A DNA stretch of 64,000 bases from Paraphysomonas bandaiensis (Eukaryota > Protista > Chrysophyceae), in contig CBFFRP010000199.1 of assembly GCA_965644295.1 (NCBI GenBank), positions 527,207-591,206 on the forward strand, given 5' to 3'. Position numbers and translations under genes: made by a program. Every line of letters begins with the position of its first letter. The first letter of the stretch is position 1. The notes beneath the pieces are model-generated. The model saw nothing but the letters and a program-made list of their open reading frames with translations. It was not told the DNA's origin and ran no database searches. Shown piece after piece: positions 21,731 to 33,907 of this stretch.

Positions 21731-23801
21731 TTACTTGACTATGGACGGAGGAGAGCGCTTTTTCAATTTGCAGAGGTCTTCATATAAATTCCGCTGAAGA
21801 ACAGCACTTGCACATAAAAGTCCACCGAACGAAGCCCCAGCAAACCCGCAATTGAATACATCCTGACCTGTCAGATACAGATTTTTGATATTCGTCTTAG
21901 GTCGCAGTTCAACGGTGGCTTCTGGAGTGAACCGGTCAACGGTGTGGTCGCACCCATACATTTCCCCACCACCAGCAGCAAGATAATATTTATTGGTCAC
22001 CGGCGTTCCAATATCAAAATATTCTACTTTATCTTTCAGCTGCGGAAACAAAGCTACAGTTTGCTTCCAAATAACTTCACCAAGCGCCTTCTTGAGAGCC
22101 TGGTACTGTGCACCCCTATGCATGACTCTGTTATCTTCCCACTCCTTAAACCAATCGTAATTAGCAAATGTGACGATTGTAGCGGTGGTTTTCCCCGGAT
22201 GCTTAGTATCCCATAGAGGGTCTTTTGCACTCGGGAAAGATATGAACAGCAAGGGAACAGGTCCGTTGGCTAATTGTTCACGAGGTCGTTGCACGTATCG
22301 CTCAGTTATGGCATCAAGATCTTCCTTGCCTTGTTGTGTCCACATTGCCCAATAGTGCTTTCCCTCAACTCCCAACTCTTGGGCCGTCCCTTTTAGACCA
22401 ACATACACTGACAATCCTCCTGTGCCGTGCCTGACATGCTTCATCATATGGTCCATTCGGGGGACAGCCACAGGAGGCAACAGGCTTTTCGTAGTGTTGA
22501 ATAGCCCCGCATCGGAAATAATTACTGGAGCGGAAATTATTCTCCCATCCTTTTTCATTTGAACACCAGTTGCTGTTCGTCCATACTTATCTGTTATAAT
22601 TCGGTCTACCTCAGCTCGCACAAGTACCTGCCCCCCTGATCTCATTATGGTGGGGATAATAGAAAACGCAATTTCGGAAGATCCACCTACAGGATATGAC
22701 ACGCCTCGTAAGAAGTGGTTCTGCAACGATGCATGAAGGCTAAACGGCGCGTCCTTTGGAATCGTGCCGTAGTCACCAAAATTATACGCAAGCACCGATC
22801 GGAGAGTGGAGTTGGAAGTTATCTCTCTGAGCACATCACTCACGCTTCGAGAGGCGAGTTTAAAGAAGTCTGTATACCAATGCACCAGACCAGTACACAC
22901 GAGTAAACGGCCAATCCAAGCAGGCATAAACTTAAGACCCACGAAATGGCGCATATATTGCCGGTTCAGTTCGATCAAATCGAAATAGTGGTTAATAGCT
23001 TTCTTCTCGCCTGGAAAAGCCGCCAGTAAACTATTCACAGTCGCCTCGCGACTACTCCGATAAGAAATCTATCATATCAGTTATATCAAACCAAACGTCT
23101 AAACCAAGGTTATAATAACAAATTCTTACCCACTTTGACTTTAGAATGCTTTCTGTTTTTACTGCATCATCCACTCGCTGCAATCCAGCCGCACAGTCAC
23201 CATCATCGTCGACCAGAACAACTGTATCAAAATCATCGCATACATCTGCCCAGCTCAGTTGTCCATCCGACAGTTGATCCATAAGAAACCTTAAGGCAGT
23301 GTTGTTGCGCATTTCCCCAATGTAGTGTATGCCTGTGTCGAACTCGTAACCCTTCTCGTGAAAAGAGTGGCAACAGCCACCAGCTTGATCATGCTGTTCC
23401 AACACTAAGACAGCTTTACCAGCTCTGGCTAACAGCGCTGCAGTTACTAGCCCTCCTATCCCTACATGTATATGATATGAGCCTGTAGCACACGCATGTG
23501 TTCATCCACTGCGCACTCACTCACCGGACCCTATCACTATTGCATCATAATCAGATGACAGCTTCTTGGCAGAGTAGCCGTTCTTTATGATCTGATCCCT
23601 CTTGCGTTGATCGCTCTCATAGGGCTTCTTGTTTAATCGAGTATCAGTTGTGAAGGGGTTTCGTGCTGCAGGTGAGTGATAGACAGTGAAGTATGTTATG
23701 ATTCCGGCTACACCAGCAGCAGCAGCTACAGCCCCTGTATAGAGGACACACGCATCATCACCCACACCCTTAAACAGAGAGGAGAGATGGAGAGACGACA
23801 T
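21731..23801 (-). CDS. RETSAT: All-trans-retinol 13,14-reductase-like FAD oxidoreductase, 3 exons
   Basis: N-terminal [11 protein letters not shown]|[60 protein letters not shown]. Confidence 0.9.
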
Positions 23802-24253
23802 TGTTATGCACCGCCGTCCTCGATGATATTACTGGTGATATTTAGAGGCAGTGATGGATATCGTGACACGGCATGTGTGCAGGTCCTGCTGCTGCTCCTG
23901 CTGCTGTATGGTGATATGTGGGAAGGATATGGATATCGTCATATCATATCAGCAGGAGCAGCAGAGTACAAGTAGATTGACAGAATTTCTCTCCGTCACC
24001 AGCAGCAGCAATTTGGTGTAGTATCTGTATTCCTGTGTATAGGGTGTTGGTGCCTCGGACTTGCATGTCAACATACAGCAGCGTATATATGAGTGATGAG
24101 AGGGGGGGCTCACATACAAGTGTATACAGGAGCTACTGCTACTGCAACCCCTTCATCTGAGCGCTGCTGCACTGCTCCACACTTGTGTTCCACCCTCACC
24201 CCGTAGACTCATCCATATATTGTCTCTGTATATCTATCTGCAGCGTGTTTATT

Positions 24254-25698
24254 ATGGGGATACTCGAGCGCATAAAGGAGATAGGTGAGCCTCTTCCTCT
24301 ACACCACTAGACCATGCTCATCAGATAACACTCTATGCGTGTATCATCAGAGCTTGAGCTCTCTAGGACTCAGATCAACAAGGCAACCACCACGCATATA
24401 GGGATGCTCAAATCTCAGCTCTCTAAGCTGCGCACACAGGTGCTCTTGTATCGCAGTCTCTAATCGAAGTTACACTCTATTATGCAGTTGATGGAGCCGA
24501 AACCAGGCGAACAAAATGCTGGTGGACATGAGGGTTTTGCTGTTGCGAAGAACGGAGACGGTCGCGTGGCGTTGATTGGCTTCCCCAGTGTAGGGAAGTC
24601 TAGTCTTTTGAACGCAGTTACAGATACCAAATCCGAGGTACAGTCAACGCCTTTAATCATTCTCAATTCAATTTTTTTAGGCCGCAGCTTATGAGTTTAC
24701 TACTTTGACTTGCATTCCTGGCAATCTAGTTTTGAATGATACCAAGATTCAAATGTTAGATTTACCAGGAATTATCGAGGGAGCAGCTGGAGGTAGGGGA
24801 CGAGGCAGGGAAGTTATCGCTGTTGCACGTTCTGCCGACTTGGTGATGATGGTTCTCGACGGTGCTAGGGAGCAAAACAACCAGCACAGAAACATTTTGG
24901 AGCGGGAGCTTGAAACGATGGGTATTCGGCTCAACAAAAGACCACCAGATATCTATTTCAAAGTATGACATTCGTTGCTATTTCGCCTTGCATTTAACTT
25001 TGTCACATTCTATCTTAATGTATCAGAAAAAGGCCGGTGGAGGTGTCAAGTTTAATGCCACTGTTCCCTTGACTAAGATGGGCGACGATCCTGGAGAGAG
25101 TGTTAGCCGTATACTTCACCAGTACCGCATCCATAACGCAGAAGTTTTGTTCCGCGAGGACTGTGGAGTAGACGAACTGATTGACGTAATTGAGGGTAAC
25201 AGGAAGTACATCAAATGCCTGTATGTTTACAACAAGATTGATGCATTAAGTATTGAGGAAGTGGATGAACTGGCGCGCAAGCCAGACAGTGTAGTAATAT
25301 CCATCTATATGAACCTCAATATAGATGAGATGCTTCAGAAGATGTGGGAATACATGGGTCTCATTCGAATTTACACCAAAAAACGCGGGCAACCGCCTGA
25401 TCTAAATGATCCTGTTGTCCTATCCTCAGAAAGACATGGACTCACAGTTGAGGCGGCATGTAAATCTGTTTCGAAGGACCTTCTCCAGAAGTTCAACTTC
25501 GCATTAGTGTGGGGAAGGAGCACCAAGTACAATCCCCAGAGGGTTGGGCTTAGTCATGTGTTACAGGACGAAGATGTTGTGCAGATTGTCCCAAAAACTC
25601 TTGTGCAACAACAGCAATCTAAAGACTATAGTGCTATTGCTACCGCCCACAACTTGGCCATTGCGAAAGAGAGGAGGAAGAAGCACAAGAAAAAATAA
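24254..25698 (+). CDS. DRG2: Developmentally regulated GTP-binding protein 2, multi-exon
   Basis: [53 protein letters not shown] domain [15 protein letters not shown]. Confidence 0.95.
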
Positions 25699-26768
25699 TT
25701 GTAAACTCGTAGGCATATTTCTCAGTGAGAGGGGTTAAAACTTAGTGAGCGTTATCATCAAAGTTTCCAATTAGTTTTACTTGCTTTCTTCTAAATGTAA
25801 TTAATTACAGTGACTGTGTGGTATGTGAAATATGAAATGAGTGTATAATTCCTAGGTTATGCAATAGAGCATTTGGATATTGGTATGTGCATGTGCAATA
25901 CCTGCAGCCCAAAGTGGACACTTTCTTGGCTTGTTTATTCCAATTACTGGAAAATTGTATATTGTACGTACGTAGTACAAATTGCACGTCGGTTTTCACA
26001 GAATCGTTGAGGCATGAACATAACAAAAAGTGCAATAATGAATATTGCGAAAAGTCACCTAAAGCAAGAGTTTTTTCCGCGACATGATTTTATTCTCAAG
26101 CAGTAGCAGTAAGAACAATTCAATACTAATCAAACTATTCATATGTGAAATCAAAAGCCATTTGAGCAGAGCAGAAACTAGCATTCCTAATGTTTTATAA
26201 GGGGTCATTGACTTACAAATATGACGTAGTTTGTATAATATAGTAATTTATTGGTTAGATTTTATACAGCTTTTAAAGATTTTTATGCTACTTTAGTACT
26301 TTTATGGATACTGCTGCCAAATTATTGCAACATATGTTGCTTTGAAAATAAAAAAGTAAAAATAAATAGTACAAACCCATCATGTTGCACTGTAATATCT
26401 TTTCATTCCCGATTATATTATTTCATTATCTTAAAGCCTAAATCACAAAAGATTGATCGCAAAAACAGAAGTGACAGCAAAAGAAAGATAGGTGTATTAT
26501 ATAGAGATCATCAAAGCAAAAAGACTGCTTTCACCTCATGACTACTATTTGCTGTTTGCAGCAGTAGCAGATGCTAAGTTTGGTTATATCTTTTTACCAG
26601 GTTTATTCGTCCTATGGACTTAACGTATAGACGAGACACAAGAACATCAAATTGGGATTCAAAAATTTTCAGAAACGAGAAAATACCCGAGTATCGTTAC
26701 ATGTCTCAGACGGTGATGTGGGATATAAATCGATGATATGTGAAGAAGGTGAATCCAGTTAAGGGGTA

Positions 26769-26854
26769 CCCTCAACAAAGTCGGACTCGCACCTTTTCGT
26801 GGTGTTATGGGGGATAAGTACCGGAGATATTTCTCTGGAAAACTAACGTGAGCC
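26769..26854 (+). ncRNA. HDV-like self-cleaving ribozyme candidate
   Basis: P1 CCCUCAAC/GUUAUGGG (6 of 8 pairs), P2 CUCGC/GUGAG, P3 ACC/GGU, L3 UUUUCGU, P4 CCGGAGA-UAUU-UCUCUGG, J4/2 CUAA, all in HDV order. Confidence 0.75.
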
Positions 26855-27233
26855 GCATAATTTTATATAGTCAGCAGATATTCTTTTGCCCACTCACAAA
26901 TGCTTGTGCGATACAAGGGATACTAAAATATAAGTGTCACTAGTGTAGCCGTCTTTGGGCCTTGGCGAATAAACCGGTATCCGGGAATGGGCCCACCTGA
27001 AGGGTAACCGGGGTATTGGGCTGCCTACTGAATTCAAGCATTCGGGCTTCTCACCTTAAGAACAGAGAGCGAAAGTGGTTTCACCTTGGTGCTTGCGGTG
27101 ACGCACAAGCAGTTTTCGTAGAGCTAAATAGTAGGATATCAGAGTGAAGCACTAGTTAGTTAAATTGCAATGCTACATCAGCTTCTGACTCTTACGCGCC
27201 TATTTATTGTTAATAATAATCAGACATTCACTA
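26769..27233 (+). mobile_element. Full-length ~465-bp non-autonomous retroposon (SINE/SIDE-like) with HDV-like ribozyme head and LINE-related 3' end
   Basis: Colinear with 38484-38950. Same 5' boundary in three copies. The 3' part is homologous to the LINE 3' UTR. No ORF and no TIRs. Confidence 0.85.
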
Positions 27234-27561
27234 CAAGTAGCTTTCGTTATTAAATTAAGCTTGTAGTAGTACAGTATAGACTAAATTACGTTAAGAGAGA
27301 TATTGTAAAAATTATGATGATGTAGCACTGTGATTTAGGAACCACGTCAATCACCAACATCACATCAACATTCTGTCCTACAAATCGTATCTTTATCAGC
27401 TACTATATTTTCGGTTTCTTTGTATACTTGTGATAGCTACTCCTATAGTGTAGCCATGTATATTATGTATTTCATTGCTACATAGAATGCAGGATAGCTT
27501 CTAGCGATAGGCTTTACCAAACATCAAGTACGCACGTAGGAGTTGGTTGTAGTTCAACATT

Positions 27562-27657
27562 CGTAGTGTTAAATAGTACGTAGGATATCGAGTTAAGAGT
27601 TAAGCATTAAGCACTGACTCTTAAATGTCTCGTGCTAATAACAATAATTCATTACTA
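27562..27657 (+). mobile_element. Degenerate 3' fragment of the ~465-bp retroposon
   Basis: CGTAGTGTTAAATAGTACGTAGGATATCGAGTTAAG...CTGACTCTTA...GCTAATAA resembles 27117-27233. Confidence 0.6.
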
Positions 27658-27709
27658 AGAAAATTGGATTCTGGTTCGTAATGAAGACATACTTCAACTT
27701 GGAGATGAA

Positions 27710-28140
27710 TTTACTATTTATTAAAATAAAATATTACATCTACTTCGACAAAACCTCCTTCACAGGAAAAGTGACCATATATAACGACATGATTCAAGTG
27801 CATGTAGTCAGATATAATTTCCTGCGGTCAGTTGAGACAAGATCTATACACTATTGCGTCTATACACCTTTGCGCCGACAACCTGCAAAGCATATATGTC
27901 ATTGACTTGGTTTCCGCCAAGTCTTACGTGCCAACGCAATAGTTATACTATAGTAAATCTGCGATAAGAGAAACCCCTATTTTATCAATGGAACACATTC
28001 CAATGGCTATGTCCCACATTGGACGATTCACTTCCATGAAGTAGACAATACGTTCTGCGCTAATATTATTTCACAAAAACAGAGAGACTCTAAAGCCATT
28101 AATCCACCGTTGGAAACATTATGTCAATTCCTTCCATAGA
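27710..28140 (-). pseudogene. Decayed duplicate of the 3' part of the LRR gene at 32700-33907
   Basis: Colinear with 32696-33130, including the stop-codon context TTTACTATTTATTAAAATAAA. A 16-nt net insertion near 27862-27896 breaks the frame. Confidence 0.85.
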
Positions 28141-28386
28141 TACTATTGAACTAGAGATCACAGCGGGAAAGAACTGCACAGTGACGTTCGATGACGACGA
28201 AGGAATCACTCGTAACAATAAAACAAACAATACATTCATAAGATAAGACAGAGAAGTATTTATGGACTATATCCAGTTCGAATTGAAGACATACTTCAAG
28301 ATGGAGAAAATCCTCGGTAGCATCAGTCGAGGAGCAGTCACCTATTGCAACCGGATTTTACAGTACAAACGGCAAAAGATTGTCAA

Positions 28387-29561
28387 TTACGACAAATTGA
28401 CCAGGTCAGGTAGACGAAGACTTGTTGACGGAATCAACCTGAAGAAATACATCAGAAAAGAAGAGTGCAAGTGCAATACAAGTGTGCTTTCCCAACTCAC
28501 CACGACGAATTGCACAACTCCGCGCCGTGGGGTCACCTTTGACAGCAATTCCTCTGATTGCACTGTATCTGAGTGCATTTCTGCTGTCCTTTTCACACCC
28601 GTAATGTGTTGTTCTCCACTTTGCTCATTGGACGGAGAAATTCGTTTCAAAAAGTCTGTCACGATATCACATTCAGACTGCTTGAGTACTCCACGCTGCT
28701 CGAGGTACGAAACATTAGAATCCAATTTAGAAACGAAATTATCCAATGAGTGCACCATTTCTCGCTGTACCATACATTCGAAGTTTCCTTTCGCAACAAT
28801 CTCCTCCAGAGATGAGTAGTTACCACTCATAATAAGAGCATACTCACACAACCATAATGCGTCCTCTAAACTGCTCACGTTTCGACTGAATTTCTTATTC
28901 CTTGCAGATCTAATACCTGCATTGACCTGTACTCGAAATGAATTGGCGGAGGTCTGAGAAATGTACTTCGGCTGCTTGAGCTTTGGTGGAAGACGAACTG
29001 ATGCCAACGGTGTAGGCATAATAGGAACAATAGCTGTGTCTGCAGGGTTCGGCGGACCAGTAGAGCTACTCACAGTCGGTATCGTTGGTAAAATATTAAC
29101 CCATAACGTTCCAGGAAGATTAAATTGGCCTGTCGAAGGTTCTGAAGTGGAACAGTCTAGTAAATGCAACAGAGCATTATTTGCGGTTTCACTCTCTGGA
29201 ACCAGAACAAGCTTGCCACTTGGAAGTAATATCATCGGGCGTACACTAAGGGGATGGGATTGAGATCCTGGATTTTCTGCGAATATATTACAGAAATGAC
29301 AAACGGTTGCAGCATATACCACAAACCTGACGAATTAAAGGAGAAAACAGGCCTATCGTCTATTCGATGAGCGGGCGGCAGATATGACTGAGCTGAACAC
29401 TCCGCATAATCTATATTCCAATCAGGTAAACGCACAGGGCTCGATGAATGAGATCCTGAATCAGAACTCATACACTGTGGTTTCTCTCCAGTGGGAATAT
29501 GAGGGTAATGCCCTCCGCTTCCTCCTCCAGGGGTCGTCATTGCAATCAACAGCACTGACAC
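28387..29561 (-). CDS. Hypothetical protein with possible AP2-like DNA-binding domain (start and last exon uncertain)
   Basis: A GT-AG intron joins ...FNSS to ENPGSQ. Pro/Ser-rich region, then KYISQTSANSFRVQVNAG...KKFSRNVSSLEDALWLCEYALI. Confidence 0.6.
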
Positions 29562-31074
29562 TTACAGACACTGTAAGCCTAGAGATGAGTGCAGTATCAT
29601 TCCAGTGACACGGTGTGTTTCATATCACATGCAGTGTACAACTCATATAGAGAAGCCTGCGTCCATCCAGTGCCTCCTATTAACATAATGGAAGCACTGT
29701 AGGCGCACTATGTCAGACTGATGAATTAGAGTGAGTGAGGTGTGGAGTATTCTGCGGTGGAGCCCCGCAGCAGATACTCCCCTCAGCCCCGCACACACAA
29801 CATAGAAATTCTTCTTCAGTATTTTAATGACTGTATATAGTGTGGTACTCGGTACTGTATACTGTAATACTGCCTGCCTGCCTGTCCCATGCGTGTCCCC
29901 TGCATGACCCCCCATATACATATATAGACACCTGCACGACAGTGGAGTGGACTCTGTCAGAGCCATTAAACCCAGGTATGATAGTGTACAGGGATATCCA
30001 CTCACTGCATTGGCATCTGCGTATATCATAGGTCTCCAGACACAGATTTGCTTATGGTTTGTGTGACATGTCCCAGTGATCTTCCCTTCATATGTATATA
30101 CCCACGCCTGAGTTCACTCACGTGACGTTAACTACATATGATTGGAGTCTGTGAATGAAAATTATTTGTGGAAGTGTTCAACGCCAGTCACAATATCTAT
30201 TGAGCCACTTCACTGGCGTTGTGGAGTGACTCTCTCTGCTAACGTTTACAAGGAAACTTATCAACGCATGTAAAATTATAAGAAATAAGTTTCGTATTCA
30301 ACGAGATATTGTTAATTTGGCACGCGGTATGCGAATAGTTAAACAATTCTCGTCATATGCTCATTTAAGGTTTAGGATATTTATACAGATGGGTCTTGTG
30401 GGTGCCTAGGTCCTCGGTCTTCACTTGTTTCCTTCTGTTGAATGTAGAGCCGCATCTAGCCATTGCGGTGCGTGAGCATGCCGCTATATATGTCAGGCAC
30501 AACGCTTCGGAAATGAGATATCAAGTTTGGAGTATTAGGATGCATTGCATGCTGCCTATATATTACTGAGTGTGTACGTATATGTGTATAGTGTATATAT
30601 TATATATATAGTACTAATTATTGTACACACATCAACATTATATATTGGTTACAATTCTATATATATTGTTGTGTGTTACAAGTAGACATTAATCATTGTT
30701 ATTGTTGATACCAATTGCAATGGGAAACCACATCAAGTGTAAGTGCTGACTGTTAAGAGTTAATACCGGGTACCAAACAGAACGTCTAGATTTCGCCTGT
30801 CTCCTCCACTATATCTACAGCTATGTGCACGTAAAAGATATAGTTTAATAAAATATCATTTATTAGTAGTAGTTCATAAGTTCATAAATACATTTTCAGA
30901 AGCTGCGCGCAAGCCGATTTCAATATCAGTGTCTAGAATTAGAACGTGGATGAGGCAATAGTAAAGTTTTATCTAGGCGCTAATTTTAAATTGCTTTAGT
31001 TTGTAATTTGATCTCCATTTTTTTGAATCCAGCATTATTTGCACAGTCCTTTTTGAAGCAGCACATATTAGAAA

Positions 31075-32480
31075 CAGGGCCTGATAACCATTAACGGCCC
31101 ATTAATGGTAGTCCAGTTCCCAGCAATTATAATGGCCCATTATATATACCTACTAACTTAAAGTAGATAGCACCACTCATAAAATAGATAGTGTTGTGCT
31201 CCCTTAATTCCTAATTTTTAGTTGAATAGCAGACTACAAAGTTTAACTATTTCTCGCTCTCTACTGACACATCAGGATCTTCTTGCAGGGCTTTATGGAG
31301 GGCATAAACATCCCACAACATGGAATTGGCTCGTAGGAATAGCAACGATTCTAGACGATATGGATTCATGTTTCTACGCTCAGGTGTCATAATCAACATT
31401 TCATGACTATAAAGAGCCTCTCAACAACATTAGATTGCGCTTCAATATGAAGCAAGCAGCGGTAGTTGGACTCATAGGTACCAAGTCGAGCTCTCTTGGT
31501 GACGTCGGCGATGTCCAGAACACACTGTGCAAAATCAGTTCCTTCACTCTCGTCCTCGTTATATCTGTCGGGTACACCAACCTCCATGAATGAATCCAGT
31601 TGCAAATGTCTAACTGCTCTTCTCTCATTGTCTGTCAACTCACTTTTATCGTTCCCTTGAATTTTAGCCACTGCCTTCTCAAAATATGCACTGGCAACAA
31701 TGCTTGCATTAGGGGAAAGGTATGGATGCAGCTCTGGAAATTCTTGTTGCAGCATATCAAATAACTGGCGGGCTTGTTACAAATTTGTTCCATCTCTTCC
31801 GAACATACTTATTCTCCACGATAGAAAATGGTTCGTCGTTCAAAACTATCCATTCCAGCCACCGAAATAAGTTCCTTGCAGCAGGAGATACTCTCTTTCT
31901 TACAAAAGACAATAAATCGCCCCCGTGAAGTCTTTCACTTCCCAAAATTCTCTCGAGTTCCTCTTGCCAAGAAAAACCCGCATGTTCGGAGCCCTTCTTG
32001 GCTATATATGATTAACACAACTCATGTAACCTCGCTTTATTTCTTGATTAACATTGCACAACGAGCAAATATGATACAGAGCACTGAGAGGATTCTCTGA
32101 ATCCACTCGGAAGAAGACTCTGTAAATCACACTGCCATCAATTTTTGCTGCCATCATCGTTGCTTAATATGCTGGATGGTATAAATACAGAGTATAATTA
32201 ATTTTCTTAGTGAACAAGGTTGCCACAGAGTGCCTGTAGAGTTGCATGAACATTGTTGTCTAATATTGTTTACTACTAGTTTCTTCGGAGTATAGAGGAG
32301 ATACTATATTCTATTATATTAAAAACACTCAGTTCCATATATAGCAGTACAGGTCATTAATGGTAGTCCGGTTACCGGTAATTAATTATAATGGCATTAA
32401 TTAAAAATGTCCCGGCAATTATATTGGCATTACCATTAATGGCCATTAATGCCATTACCATTAATGGTTACCAGGCCCCG
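31075..32480 (-). mobile_element. hAT DNA transposon family B, internally deleted and decayed (1406 bp)
   Basis: TIRs CAGGGCCTGATAACCATTAA / CGGGGCCTGGTAACCATTAA (18 of 20) and perfect TSD ATTAGAAA (31067-31074, 32481-32488). CCATTAATGG subterminal motifs. Transposase fragments LFRWLEWIV...PFSIVEN, FEKAVAKIQ, SNVVERLF, LESLLFLRAN. Confidence 0.94.
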
Positions 32481-32699
32481 ATTAGAAATATAATGATTGC
32501 TTTCCTAAAAGTCAGCAAGACAGAGTAAAGAATGGAAACAATCTTAATTGCACGACAGACTCCATACCATGGCTGGTATGCTCCATAGTAGCCATAGGGA
32601 TGCCAATATTACATCAGAATATTACATGAGGTATTACTACTATAAAAAGAAACAGACTGGAGCTTGATTGTGTGACACCTATACAGTACAAAGAGTTTA

Positions 32700-33907
32700 C
32701 TATTTATTAAAATAAAGAATTCCATCTACGACAACAACACCTTCACAGGAACGATGACTGTGTATAGCGATATGATTCAAATGCATGTAGTCAGAGATTA
32801 TTTCCAGTGGTCGATTGAGACAAGATCTATACACTATTGCGTCTACAAGCTGCTGCGCATTTTCGTCATTGACCTCGTTTCCGTCAAGTCTTACGTGCCG
32901 AATGTAATAGTTATGCTGTAGTGAATCTGCGAGATGTGAAACCCCGATTTTATCAAGGGAACACATTCCTATATCTATACCCCTCAATCGATGATTGACT
33001 TCCATGAAGTGGACAACACTTTCTGCACTGATGTTATTTTCACGAAGGCTGAGAGACTCTAAAACCATTAATCCACCGTTGGAAACATTATGCCAATTAC
33101 TTCCGTAGATGCTATTTAACTCGAGATCAAGTACCCTGAGGTTAGTATTATATCTTAGAGCGTTGAATATGGCCATAGCTCCACTGTTAGAAATCGCATT
33201 ATAACCTAGATCAAGTACTTCTAACGGTGGATCACTCTGTAGAGCACGTGCAAGCGAATACGCGCCTTTCGCTTCCACCATGTTGCCGCCTACATGCAGT
33301 TGCTTTAATCCAAGAGGGGAGCAGGTGGAATATTCTATAGCCTCGGCGAAAACGGTTGCTCCATTATCTCCTATTGAATTTCCCTCAACCACCAACCATT
33401 CCAGAGTACACTGATGCTGCAGCACTTCAGCTATTGCGAGAGCGCCCTCAGTAAGTATCTGCGATCTAAACATGATGTCGGCAAATCTATATACAGACTA
33501 CAAACCTCGTTATACGCTATATCCATATGTCTAATGGCGTGATTTGATGCCAACAATTCTGCTATTCTTTTCGCACCTTTGGGTCCAATCGCATTGTTCG
33601 CTAAGAACAACTCTTCTACACTTAAATTGTCGTAAAGGTAGGTAAGCAGGCCATCGATCACCTCTGCGCCCATACGCGACCCTCCCAAGTCAACGACACG
33701 CAGATTGGGGTTAGACGCGATAGCCTCACCAAGCTTCGATGCTAGCTCATAAGTGTCCACTGGATAGCCTCTGCTGTGAAAAAACATACAGTGTGTAGGA
33801 AGCTTCCAAGTAACGCCCTTGACGATATCGAAGAAGCCGCATGTGTGTTGAGCTGAGGCTCCCCCGCACAGGACTAACACGAATATATATAGCACTAAGT
33901 CGGACAT
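32700..33907 (-). CDS. Leucine-rich repeat protein (RNI-like) with signal peptide, 2 exons
   Basis: MSDLVLYIFVLVLCGGASA followed by 28-aa-type repeats LxxLxLxxNxIGxxGAxxLAxAL. Confidence 0.9.

Noticed and set aside
26930-27050. tRNA-derived Pol III A/B boxes, a hammerhead, or a second HDV core inside the SINE
   Set aside because: No cloverleaf and only weak, unconserved box matches. No CUGANGA core. The GCC-7nt-GGC stem is not preserved in the 38484 copy.
27090-27111. Group II intron domain V (GNRA loop plus 2-nt bulge)
   Set aside because: Too short, no AGC/CGC triad and no other intron domains.
28262-28819. 185-aa plus-strand ORF and similar antisense ORFs over real genes
   Set aside because: Shadow frames opposite better-supported genes, with no motifs.
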